This document shows, in pieces, positions 52,231-64,000 of a stretch of 64,000 nt of DNA; the stretch's first letter is position 1, and each line of letters begins with the position of its first letter. The notes below the pieces were generated by a model, which worked only from the letters and a program-made list of their open reading frames with translations, was not told the DNA's origin and searched no databases. The stretch is from the NCBI RefSeq assembly GCF_008831285.2, contig NC_045138.2, positions 2,046,001 through 2,110,000 on the forward strand. The letters are read 5' to 3'. Made by a program: the position numbers and the translations under genes. Source of the stretch: Nymphaea colorata. Taxonomy: Eukaryota.

Positions 52231-52532
52231 AATAATACGCTAAATACTATATTTTCTGCTTTATGAATTCATAAGCACCAATGTTTCAAAGTACTTACCA
52301 AAGAAATCTTAATAAACCAGTTTTCTTACTGGTCTGAATTAAAGAAACTAAGGGTTCAGAAGTAATCCAATATTCGTTCTTAAATGTGAATTCAAGTATT
52401 TGGATTCTTTGAAAAACAAAAAATTAAAAATCAGATCGTTAGCATTTTTTTCTCACTTATCTATCTATCCAATTCCCTATAAGACATCAAAATCCAAAAC
52501 TTACATGCAAAGATTTCCATAGGGCACCTATA

Positions 52533-52567
<35 letters not shown>

Positions 52568-54153
52568 AATATAATGTGTGAATTAATACTAGATAATGAA
52601 AATGCATATCACTTTTTTCTTATTGTTTTTTTAATTATCTATCACGTTGGATAATATGGTCATGGTTGGATGGTTGGATGACTCTGAAATGATAGATTCA
52701 AATTGAAATCAACTGGATGCCTTTGTGGATATATTATTATTTTTAATTTATGACATGAAAACTGTGTGGATATTGTACAGTTTTTATGAAATTTTGGAAA
52801 AGACTATGGGTTCGGTTTTCATTTGGTCCCAAAAGTGAAAGATGAGATATTTTCATTAGAGGGACCAAATTATAGTTTCAAAATTTTGACTGGAGTCAAA
52901 ATATAAATTTTCAACATTTTTATATAGGATAATTTTTTTTAAATAACTTTTAGATTTTTTTTAAAAAAAATTTACTGGTGTTTTTCGGGGGTGGCCTTGC
53001 CTCTTGTGGCTCTAACAGTGCTTCCAACCAGCTAGTTTACCGATTTCTTATTCATTGAATGAATTTATCAAAAGCAATGCATCTTTGGGCAAGAGTATAG
53101 ATTACCCTACTGTTTGACAGTGAAAATAGTAACAAATATTGAGGCAAATTCATGAAATAATATGTCACATTTTTAGGGTATATTTATGGAATGACTTGTT
53201 ACTGGTTTCAATCAAAGTTTTACATGCATCTCGATGCCCGTGGACATTGGATACAAGCCAAATTTGGTAAGAAAAGATTTCGATGTCAACAGATCGGATT
53301 CGGATCACATATATTCTTAATTATATATGTTTTTTCGAACATGCATATGTTCGAATTCGAACTTGAATAAAGAAAAGTCATATCCAAATCCGAATCCAAA
53401 ATTTGATTTTACAATCCGAATCCGATCCTAATATTTATATCTGAATCTCAATCTGAATTTTGAACCGGATTTTGCCCATTTTCAAAATTTAATAGCATTA
53501 GATATTAGATATTTGTCTAAAAATGAATCCCATCAGAATTTGTATCTAAATCTGAATCCGCCAATCAGATACCATTTATTAAATCCGAATCCGATTGGAT
53601 TTCTTAATCGGATATTAATTTTTTTTCCCATATCCGATTTTCTGGATTAGATCAGTCAGATATCGAATTCAAATTGGATATATTGACATCCCGAAGTGGG
53701 ACCCGACTTATGACCTGATCTAGTTCATTCTCAATTAGTCAACTACCTGAAAAAGTTCAATAAGTTAAGCGGATCCAACCAGATATAGGATCCAAATAGT
53801 GTGTAGAACAAGTCCTCACTGTGAGCACACGAACACGACATACTCACATCCAACTAAACAGATATGAACTGGATCATGCACTGCTGCCCCGACCCATTGA
53901 GAACAACAAGATGATATTCATCTTAAGATCCTCATTTTAAAATGAAAATTAAGAAAAATAGAAACAGCTGGAAATCATATATGGTAGTCTGGATCATTTA
54001 TTTCCCCAAAAGCATAGTATATACTTGGAAGTTATTCAAAAGAGATTATTTCTCATAATAAGACAAATAGCAGCACAGAGGCATCAAAAACACCACAGTG
54101 AATTGGAAAGATTTGCCGAGAGAAGAGGGAAGAAGAAGAAGAAGAAGAAGACA

Positions 54154-57100
54154 ATGGCAAAGAAAGTTATGGTTATTGCCCTTTTCGTGTACTTTTTTCT
54201 GATTTCAGGTAAGTTCCTGTAGCAAATTCTTCTCAAGTTATGAGCAGTATAATTAATTACCGACATTTCTTGGTTAATTTTGGTAATTTAGATGCTTATT
54301 TTCACTTTAGTTAATCCTTTGTCTGTTTTAAACCGAGATGTGGTTGAAGTTTTACTTACATAAATAACTAACAAAAAATTAATTTCTATTTTTGGACTGC
54401 ATTTTGTTTAATTTCAGAAAAGGGACTACCTTTTATAGTTACATTTAACAAGGGAGGGTCTTTTTAGAAAAAGTATCAAATAAGTACAGTTCGCTTTGGA
54501 TAAGTGCTAACTTTCCTATGTTTTTTGGGAAAATACTCAAGAAAAAATGAATACGAGATTTGACCACACCAAACTAAAAATATGAAGATGGTAGTCCTCA
54601 TCCTCAAAATATTTTGATTTTTTGGAGTGCTCCAGAAAAATTGGGTTTTATTTTAAAATGAAAGAGAGAAAATTGACTCTTCCTCGCATCTTTACCAGGG
54701 GTAACCAATCTAAAAGCTATGCTTATTTTTGATGCATTTCGCTTTTGTTTAAATATATTTTCATTCTAAATGTAGTGCGGTGTTTGAGGAAATACTGAAG
54801 ATTTCATGTTTCTAATTTTTGAGAAAGTTTTCGAGGAGTCATTTGAGAGTACAAAACATTTTGATTTGGAAAAATTTGAATTGAAATATCTTTACAAATA
54901 TTGTTTGGAAACATTTGAAGATCACATTTCAAAAGAAATTTAGTGTTCACTTAAGAATTTAAAAAGAGGTTTGTGATTTTTCTCTAATTTGGTTACTATC
55001 TATTTAGAGCTTAATTTCATTTTGCTTAAGTTCTTTTAGAGAGATATTTGTGATCATTCATTATTTTAAATGAATGTGGATGTATGAATGCATTGACCCT
55101 ACGTGATTCAAAACAAATCATTCATTTATAACATAACATTCATTTAAAAACATTCCTATCATCACATACAATTCAGATAAATGCTGATCTTATAACAATA
55201 TAATCACCAAAAAAGAACTCAAACGCCCCAGATCGAACGACAACGACCTAGAGGAGCCCCATACAATAGATCTCTGTAAAAGCAAACATGAAAGCAATAC
55301 ACAAAAGCACAGATCTGTAAATAACCCGACGTCCGAATCATCTGCCTTGGGGAAAATTCTCTTTCCATTAGCATGTCACAAAGCCAAACAAAGATCTTTT
55401 GCACGTGATATGGAAACATCCATTGCGTTAAGAAAAAAAAAAAAAAACTACGACGCAAAAAGGCAGCTGACTGTAAGAAAATGAGCCGTGGACAATCCCC
55501 AAGGAAGGAAGGATGGGCGAAAAAAAGGAAAATATGAAGACTACCGAAAATGGAGAAGAAGACCGAATTAGAATTAGAACGAACAATGGAAATAGAGAAA
55601 AATGGTGATTAGAAAGAAGAGGTCCGTATTCAGAAACAAAACCGAGATAAACCAACACAGCGAGAAATAAAAATCGTACCTGTGGAGAGTCTTCCAAGAG
55701 CAACGAAAGGGAGAGAGATGGGAGAGGGGGGAGAAAGAGAGAGATCAGAGGCTTTTTACCTTCCCTTCTCTTCTCGCTCCTCGTCTTGGGTCTTTTCTTT
55801 TCTTTTTCTTGTTCATTTTTTTGGTAGATTTACTTTTGCTGTTGGTATTTTTCTTTTTCCCATACAATCTTTTCGCTTCGCTGGTGTCTGGAGACTTTTT
55901 GAGGCCGTGGATCCCAAGAGACAGGGAGGGAGGGAGACAGCGAGACGTTTGAACTGCCATCCAGAGGGAAACTACGTCTGGTTGTTGCCTGTTCGGACGT
56001 CTCGCTGTCTCCCTCCCTCCCGGTCTCTCAGGATCTATGGCCTCAAAACTCTCTGGACAGATTGTATGGGAAAAAGAAAAACACCAACAGCAAAAGTAAA
56101 TCTACCAAAAAAAGAAAAAAAAAAAGAGAAGACCCAAAACCAGGAGCGAGGAGAGAAGGGAAGGTAAAAAGCCTCAGATCTCTCTCTCTCTCCCTTCCAC
56201 CCCTAGCAGCTCTCTCCCTCTCGTTGCTCTTGGGAGACTCTCCACGGGTACGAATTCTATTTCTCGCAATGTTGATTTATCTCGGTTTTGTTTCTCAATA
56301 CGGATCTGCTTCTTTCTAACGACCATTTTTCTCTATCCCGATTGTTCGTTCTAATTCTAATTCGGTCTTCTTCTCCATTTTCACTAGTCTTCATATTTTC
56401 CTTTTTTTCGCCCATCCTTCCTTCTTTGGGGATTGTCCATGGCTCGTTTTCTTATAGTCGGCTGCTTTTTTGCATTGTAGTCTTTTTTCTTAACGCAATG
56501 GATGTTTCCATATCACGTGCAAAAGATCTTTGTTTTGGCTTTGTGACATGATAATGAAAAGAGAATTTTCCCCAAGGCAAATGATTCAGATGTCCTGGTT
56601 GTTTACAGATTTGTGCTTTTGTGTATTGCTTCCGCGTTTGCTTTTACGGGATTCTATTATTTGGGCTTCCTCTAGGTCGTTGCCGTTCGTTCTGAGGCGT
56701 TTGAGTTCTTTTTTTTTTGTTTTTTTCAAGCTCGCCATATTACCCAGAAAAGTAAATAACCACAAGAGCTATTGCTACAACCACTTTAATTAATAGCCAC
56801 AAGAAAGACGTTGCTGAAAATACTTTCTACTATGGTTTTGACTACCGAAGTGATCAGTAACGAGCTGCCTAAGCCATTTACAATGGAAATGAACCAGGAA
56901 TCAAAGTTCTCCGAAGAGAGGGAGAGAGAGAGATCCTAGCAATATCACTCACCGAAGCAACAGCAGTGCCCACAAAGTTTTCAACACAAACCACAAAAAT
57001 TAGGCCTCGAATTTCCAAAACACAGGGCTCTAGAAACCATATTTCAACCTCGGTCATGAAAAATTTCTTGCTCCACCCCTAACTATTGGTACCACCACAA

Positions 57101-57379
57101 CACCGATGGCCAACTTATCTTTCTGTAGTGTTTTCGATTCCTCTGTGCAGCTATTTATCTTATCTAGATAAATTATTTCTTTAATTAACTTCTAAATATA
57201 AAATATATTTTTTAGGGAAATAAATGATATTTTATTAAGTTCGATCGGATGCACCTAACATATAAGATTTCTGTTGCTATTTTTCTTAATTTCCATTTCA
57301 AAATAAAGGCCTTGTCAATGGGTTGGAGCAGCAGCAATCCAATTCCTGCGCCGTAAAATATCTGTTTAGGTGGATCTGA
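54154..57379 (+). CDS. Putative 41-aa secreted micro-peptide, copy c (exons 54154-54208 and 57309-57379)
   Basis: ACAATGGC start context. Exon 1 encodes MAKKVMVIALFVYFFLIS and ends at a consensus CAG|GTAAGT donor (phase 1). Exon 2 follows a pyrimidine tract and AAG acceptor and encodes GLVNGLEQQQSNSCAVKYLFRWI*. The N-terminus looks like a signal peptide. Confidence 0.55.
55209..56714. repeat. ~1.5-kb near-perfect inverted repeat (arms ~750 bp, loop 55966-55976)
   Basis: GAACTCAAACGCC pairs with GGCGTTTGAGTTC at the ends, and GGGAGGGAGACAGCGAGACGT pairs with ACGTCTCGCTGTCTCCCTCCC near the centre. Pairing is continuous in between. Confidence 0.97.
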
Positions 57380-57565
57380 GTATGGCTGCTGCTGCACAAC
57401 GTGTTGAGCCAACTCGGGCTTGACTCAAACTCGCTCGAAAAGACTTGGTTCGTGCTCAACTCGTTTATATATGAGCTGAGTTTGAGCTTACAAAGATATC
57501 CGAAATGATAAACGAGTCGAGTTCAAGTTTCCGGAACTTGACTCGACTTGAAAACCGCTACTTTG

Positions 57566-57615
<50 letters not shown>

Positions 57616-58653
57616 TTCAGAGTCCTCCATCAATCTCTCAAGGTAATCAATATGAAGCAAATGTATGGTTGAGAGATAAACAAGCAGAAAGAGGTGAATT
57701 AATACTAGATAATGAAAATGACTGTCACTTTTTTCTTAACCATCCATCATGTTGGATCAGATGATGGCACTGGTTAGATGAATGGATGTAGGGATGTCAA
57801 TGGATCAAATTTGAATTAGATATATCATTAATCATATCTGTTTTTTTGGATATTCACATATTCAGATTCAAATTTGAAAAAAGAAAAGTCGTATTCGATT
57901 CCAAATCTGAAATCTGATTTTACAATCTGAATCCGATCCGCATCTGATTTTTATATTTATTTCCGAACCCAAATATGATATTTGAACTGGATTTTGCCAA
58001 TTTTCAAAATTTAATCACATTAGATACAAGATATTTGTCTAAAAAGGAATTTGATCCGAATCCGATAGGATATTTATGTATATCTGAATTCAAATACAAA
58101 TTTGATTGCATGTTATTTATTAAATCCGAATCCGATCCAATCCCTTAATCCTTATTTATATGAATCGAAATTTCGAGGGGCAAAATGTTTTTTTAAATTA
58201 CTTTTAGATAAAAAAAAATTTACTCATGTTTTTTTGGGGGAAGGGCATGGCCCATGCCTCCTATGGCTCTGCCCCTGCTTCCTTGATTTCTTGTTCATTG
58301 AATGAATTTCTCAAAAGTAATGCATCTTTGGGCGGGCAAGAGTATAGAATACCTTACCATTTGACTATGAAAATAGTAACAAATATTGAGCCAAATTCTG
58401 GAAATACTATGTCACATTTTTTTGGGGTAGATTTTTAGAATGACCTGTTACTATTTCCATTCAAAGTTTTACACGAGATGTGAGTCGAATTTGGTAAGAA
58501 AAGATGCTAATCTGATGCATTTTTATCAAACCCAACTACATGAATTCAGATTTTAAAATGGAATATTGGATATTCTATCTGAACCCATGCTATCCTTCGT
58601 TTGCAAAATAGGCACATGAAGGTTTCTTTGGTAAGTGTACCTCCACTTGTGAA

Positions 58654-59551
58654 TAGGGCTGCGCATCGGGCCGAGCGCCTGGCCCAGCCCGAAAAAAATG
58701 TCCAAATGCAAGCCCGTTAAAGTCATCAGAACAGCCCGAGACCCGGCCCGTTCTTTATCGGCCGGGCCGGGCTTTTGTATTATCGGCCCTCGAGCTTTTG
58801 TGTATGCCCCAAGCCGGGCCCGATTATTGCCAGGCCGGGTGGGGCTTTCTCGGGCCAGGCTTGGTTGTCGGGCAAGGAAGGGTGTCGTGCCTCCCCCCTT
58901 CTTCCGTTGCTGTGCACTCTCCCTCTTTTCCTTTCCCTGTCCCTTTTAATTTCCCTCTTCCCACACTCCCTTTGCTCTCCATCAGTCTCACTCGTCAATC
59001 AGAGTGGGGAGGTAAGCTAAAGGATACAAGCCTCAAGCAGATGAAGGCGGCAACTTATCAGGGACTAACAGAATAGAGGTTGTTCGAGGTGGCAGCGAGG
59101 CTTCCCCTTGAATCAATCCCTCTCCCTCTTTCACCTTCACACATAGAGGGGTGGTGGGGACGGTCAGAGGGCAGTGGATTGAAGATATTATGCAGAATCT
59201 TCCTAACCTTGATGGGCGATGGGCGACAGGGACTCAGAGAACCAAACGCAGAGGAGTTTCAAGCAGTTGCAGGGCTGAATGAATGAACGATGGTCGATGG
59301 CTTGAAGTTGGAACGGGAGAGAAAGAATGCAAGTAAGAAACATTAACATATTTTTTTTTTTAAATAAGTAACCGGGCCTTTCGGGCCCCCGACAACATGT
59401 ATGTTAAACCCGAGCCCGGCCCGTTAATTACGGGACTGGGCCAGGCCCGATAAAAAAGGCCCTTTAAACCATTTTTCAAGGCTCGGACCCGGGCGTGAGT
59501 TGAGCTGGGTACCGGGTACCCGGCGGCGGCCCAGCCCGGTGCTCAGGCTTA
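58654..59551. mobile_element. 0.9-kb non-autonomous hAT element, GGCCC family
   Basis: TIRs TAGGGCTGCGCATCGGGC / GCCCGGTGCTCAGGCTTA; perfect TSD CTTGTGAA at 58646-58653 and 59552-59559. Confidence 0.92.
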
Positions 59552-59847
59552 CTTGTGAATCCTTAAAAAAAAAAAATATAGTAGTTCATAATATCTCACA
59601 GAGTATCATTAATGAGCTAAATCTTTCATAATCATTAGTGTTTATTTGAACCAACCAGCTGAATTGGCAAATTTATTTGATAACTTATTAAAAATATACA
59701 TGATTTGATATTTTTGTTGATTCCAATTTAAAGAACCTGTCCTTATAACATTATAGGAAATTAATCATGATAAATTTATAATTTTGGTACTCGAGTATAT
59801 CCTTAGGAAGAGATGGACACGACCCTATGGAGACTTGCTAGTGGGAC

Positions 59848-60270
59848 TACAGATGTCAACCGATTGGATTCGAATCAGATATATTCTCAATCATATCCGT
59901 TTTTTCGGATATTCATATGTTCGGATTCAAATTCGAATAAAAAAAGTCTTATCCGAATCCAAATCTGAAATCCAATTTTGCAATTCGAATTTGATTTTTA
60001 TATTTATATCCGAATCCGAATCCAAATTTCAAACCGGATTTTGCCAATTTTCAATATTTAATAGCATTAGATACTGGATATTTGTCTAAAAATGAACCCG
60101 ATCCGAATCTGATCAGATATTTATATATATCTGAATCCGAATGGATGCCATTTATGAAATCCGATTTCGATCCAATTTCTTAATCAGATATCAATTTTTT
60201 TTTCAATATCTAATTTTTCGGATCGGATCGGTCAGTTATCCGATCCAAATCGGATATATTGACATCTCTA
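59848..60270. mobile_element. hAT MITE with ATCCGA repeats
   Basis: GATGTCAA / TTGACATC TIR core. The left flank AGTGGGAC equals the right flank of the paralogous copy at ~53282-53693. A partial copy lies at ~57789-58150. Confidence 0.85.
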
Positions 60271-60722
60271 AGTAAGACCCGACTTATGACCTCAGCCTCA
60301 ATTACCTGAAAAGGTTCAATCAGATAAGTGGATCCAACGAAATATAGGATCCAATAAGTACAACATGTCCTCACTGTGAGCTCTCAAACACGCCACACTC
60401 AGATCCAACTAAGCAGATATGGAATGGGTCATGGACTACTGCTCCGACCCATTGAGAACAACAAGATGATATTCATCTTAAGACCCTTATTTTAAAATGA
60501 AAATTAAGAAAAAATAGAAACAGGTGGAAATCATATATGGTAGTCTGGATCATTTATATCCCAAAAAGCATAGTATATACTTGGAAGTTATTCAAAAGAA
60601 ATTATTTCTCATAATAAGATGAATAGCAGCACAAAGGCACCCAAAACACCACAGTGGATTGGAAAGATCTGCTGAGAGAAGAAGGAAGAAGAAGAAGAAG
60701 GAAGAAGAAGAAGAAGAAGACA

Positions 60723-63700
60723 ATGGCGAAGAAAGTTATGGTTATTGCCCTTTTCGTGTACTTTCTTCTGATTTCAGGTAAGTTCCTGTAGCAAATTCTT
60801 CTCATGTTATAGGGAGTATAATTAATTTCCGACATTTCTTGGTTAATTTTGGTACTTTTAGATGCTTATTTTCTTTGTCTGTTTTAAACCGAGATGTGGT
60901 TGAAGTTCTACTTACATAAATAACTAACAAAAAATTAATTTCTATTTTTGGACTGCATTTTGTTTAATTTCAGAAAAGGGACTACCTTTTATAGTTACAT
61001 TTAACAAGGGAGGCTCTTTTTAGAAAAAGTATCAAATAAGTAGAGTTGGCTTTGGAGAAGTGCTAACTTTTCCTATGTTTTTGGGGAAAATACTCAAGAA
61101 AAAATGAATACTAGATTTGACCACACCAAACTAAAAATATGAAGATGTTAGTCTTCATCCTCAAAATATTTTGGTTTTTGGAGTGCTCCGGAAAAATTAG
61201 GTTTTATTTTAAAATGAAAGAGAGAGAATTGACTCTTCCTACCATCTTTACCAGGGTAACCAATCTACAAGCTATGCTTATTTTTGATGCATTTTGCTTT
61301 TGTTTAAATATATTTTCATTCTAAATGTAGTGCGGTATTTGAGGAAATGCTGAAGATTTCATGTTTCTAATTTTTGAGAAAGTTTTCGAGGAGTCATTTG
61401 AGAGTACAAAACATTTTGATTTGGAAAAGTTTGAATTGAAATATCTTTACAAATATTGTTTGGAAACATTTGAAGATCACATTTCGAAAGAAATTTAGTG
61501 TTTACTTAAGAATTTAAAAATAAGTTTGTGATTTTGCTCTTATTATCTATTTAGAGCTCAATTTTATTTTGCTTAAGTTCTTTTAGAGAGATATTTGTGA
61601 TCATTCATTATTTTAAATGAATGTGGATGTATGAATACATTGACCCTACGTGATTAAAAACAAATCATTCATTTATAACATAACATTAATTTAAAAACAT
61701 TCCTATCATCACATACAATTCAGATAAATGTTGATCCTATGGCAATATAATCACCAAAAAAGAACTCAAACGCCCCAGATCGAACGACAACGACCTAGAG
61801 GAGCCCCATACAATAGATCTCCGTAAAAGCAAACATGGAAGCAATACACAAAAGCACAGATCTATAAATAACCCGACGTCCGAATCATCTGCCTTGGGGA
61901 AAATTCTCTTTCCATTAGCATGTCACAAAGATCTTTTGCACGTGATATGGAAACATCCATTGCGTTAAGAAAAAAAAAAAACCTACGACGCAAAAACAAT
62001 CCCCAAAGAAGGAAGGATGGGCGAAGAAAAGGAAAATATGAAGACTATCGAAAATGGAGAAGAAGACCCAATTAGAATGAACAATCCAGATAGAGAAAAA
62101 TGGTCATTAGAAAGAAGAGGTCCGTGTATTCAGAAACAAAACCGAGATAAACCAACACAACGAGAAATAAAAATCATACCTGTGGAGAGTCTTCCAAGAG
62201 CAACGAAAGGGAGAGAGATGGGAGCAGGGGGAGAGAGACAGAGAGATCAGAGGCTTTTTACCTTCCCTTCCCTCCTCGCTCCTCATTTTGGGTCTTTTCT
62301 TTTCTTTTTTGTTTCTTTTTCTTTCTTTTTGGTGGATTTACTTTCGCTGTTGGTATTTTTCTTTTTCCCATACAATCTTTTCGCTGGTGTATGAGACTTT
62401 TGAGGCCATGGATCCGAAGAGACAGGGAAGGAGGGAGACAGCGAGACGTTCGAACTGCCATCCAGAGGGAAACTACGTCTGGTTGTTGCCTGTTCGGACA
62501 TCTCGCTGTCTCCCTCCCTCCCCGTCTCTCGGGATCTATGGCCTCGAGATTGTAAGGGAAAAAGAAAAATACCAACAGCAAAAAGTAAATCTACCAAAAA
62601 AAAGAAAAAGAAAAGAAAAAGAAAAAGAGAAGACCCAAAACGAGGAGCGAAGAGGAGAGAAGGGAAGGTTAAAAGCCTCAGATCTCTCTCTCTCTCCCCT
62701 CCAACCCCTCGCATCTCTCTCCCTCTCGTTGCTCTTGGGAGACTCTCCACGGGTACGAATTTTATTTCTCGCAATATTGATTTATCTCGGTTTTGTTTCT
62801 GAATACGGATCTCCTTCTTTCTAACGACCATTTTTTTCTATCCCGATTGTTGGTTCTAATTCTAAATCGGTCTTCTTCTCCATTTTCACTAGTCTTCATA
62901 TTTTCCTTTTTTCCCATCCTTCCTTGTTTGGGGATTGTCCATGGCTCGTTTCTTATAGACGGCTGCTTTTTTGCATTGTAGTTTTTTTTCTTAACGCAAT
63001 GGATGTTTCCATATCACGTGCTAAAGATCTTTGTTTTGGCTTTGTGACATGATAATGCAAAGAGAAATTTCCCCAAGGCAAATGATTCAGATGTCTGGTT
63101 GTTTACAGATTTGTGCTTTTGTGTATTGCTTCTGCGTTTGCTTTTACCGGATTCTATTGTTTGGGCTTCCTCTAGGTCGTTGCCGTTCGTTCTGAGGCGT
63201 TTGAGTTCTTTTTTTTGTTTTTTTCAAGCTCGCCATATTACCCAGAAAAGTAAATAACCACAAGAGCTATTGCTACAACCACTTTAATTAATAGCCACAA
63301 GAAAGACCGTAGCTGAAAATACTTTTTGCTATGGTTTTTGGGGTCTATTAGCTATGGTTTTGACTACGGAAGTGATAAGTAACAAGCTGCCTAAGCCATT
63401 TACAAGAGAAATGCATCACGAATCAATGTTCTCCGAAGAGAGGGAGAGATAGAGAGATCCTAGCAATATCACTCACGGAAGCAACTGCAGTGCCGGCAAA
63501 GTTTTCAACACAAACCACAAAAATTAGCCCTCGAATTTTCAAAACACAGGGCTCTAAAAACCATATTTCAACCTCGGTCATGAAAAATTTCTTGCTCCAC
63601 CCCTAACTATTGGTACCACCACAACACCGATGGCCTTTTTCTGTAGTGTTTTCGATTCCTCTGTGCAGCTATTTATCTTATGCAGATAAATTATTTCTTT

Positions 63701-63897
63701 AATTAACTTCCAAATATAAATTATATTTTTTAGGGAAATAAATGATATTTTATTAAGTTCGATCGGATGCACCTAACATATAAGATTTCTGTTGCTATTT
63801 TTCTTAATTTCCATTCCAAAATAAAGGCCTTGTCAATGGGTTGGAGCAGCAGCAGTCCAATTCTTGCCCCGTAAAATATCTGTTTAGGTGGATCTGA
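60723..63897 (+). CDS. Putative 41-aa secreted micro-peptide, copy d (exons 60723-60777 and 63827-63897)
   Basis: Encodes MAKKVMVIALFVYFLLIS|GLVNGLEQQQSNSCPVKYLFRWI* with the same splice signals as copy c. Differences from copy c include synonymous GCA/GCG, CAA/CAG and TCC/TCT. Confidence 0.55.
61756..63214. repeat. ~1.45-kb near-perfect inverted repeat (loop 62467-62477), paralog of 55209-56714
   Basis: Same arm sequences and the same CCAGA-GGGAAACTACG-TCTGG apex. Confidence 0.97.
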
Positions 63898-64000
63898 GTA
63901 TGGCTGCTGCTGCACAACGTGTCGAGCCAACTCGGGCTTGACTCAAACTCGCTCGAAAAGACTTGGCTCGTGCTCAACTCGTTTATATATGAGCTGAGTT

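Larger units (their letters stand above)
53282..57560 (+). repeat. Tandem segmental duplication, matching ~59852-64000
   Basis: Colinear and highly similar with an offset of ~6.5 kb (54154 vs 60723; 57309 vs 63827). A more diverged unit lies upstream (50930-53280 vs 57120-58505). Confidence 0.95.

Noticed and set aside
55682..56793. Overlapping ORFs on both strands within the giant hairpins (also 62017-62981)
   Set aside because: Low-complexity K/R/F-rich translations that mirror each other because of the palindrome; frames are not conserved between copies.
57212..57412. Minus-strand ORF 'MAQHVVQQQP...' and its copy at 63730-63930
   Set aside because: Non-ATG start inside a MITE, and antisense to the better-supported peptide exon 2.
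57612..57693. VIQSPPSISQGNQYEANV as a continuation giving a TPD1-like protein
   Set aside because: It lacks the downstream cysteines, sits against a (TA)n tract, is absent at the homologous site of the upstream unit, and is itself a small inverted repeat (ATCTCTCAA / TTGAGAGAT).
61331..61352. miR2275-like target site upstream of the hairpin
   Set aside because: The bases opposite the miRNA 5' end do not pair.

Overview
Plant (angiosperm) nuclear DNA rich in transposons. 1-5.6 kb is an internally deleted Ty1/copia remnant. Its 3' end is duplicated (832 bp) around a 1.4-kb insert that carries tandem repeats. Three intact host genes follow: a 4-exon Ran-binding protein 1 (+, 8906-14417), a GONST4/GFT1-type nucleotide-sugar transporter with an intronless CDS (+, 25993-27030), and a 7-exon MACPF-domain protein (-, 30704-37089). 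Many non-autonomous hAT-type elements with 8-bp target-site duplications are scattered through introns and intergenic DNA. The most unusual part is 47-64 kb, a tandem array of roughly 6.2-6.6 kb units. Two units appear to encode a 41-aa two-exon secreted micro-peptide that the ORF track misses, and each carries a ~1.5-kb near-perfect fold-back in its ~3-kb intron. Upstream units hold an older, nested fold-back with a compensatory base-pair change between copies. All calls come from manual reading; no database searches or folding were run.
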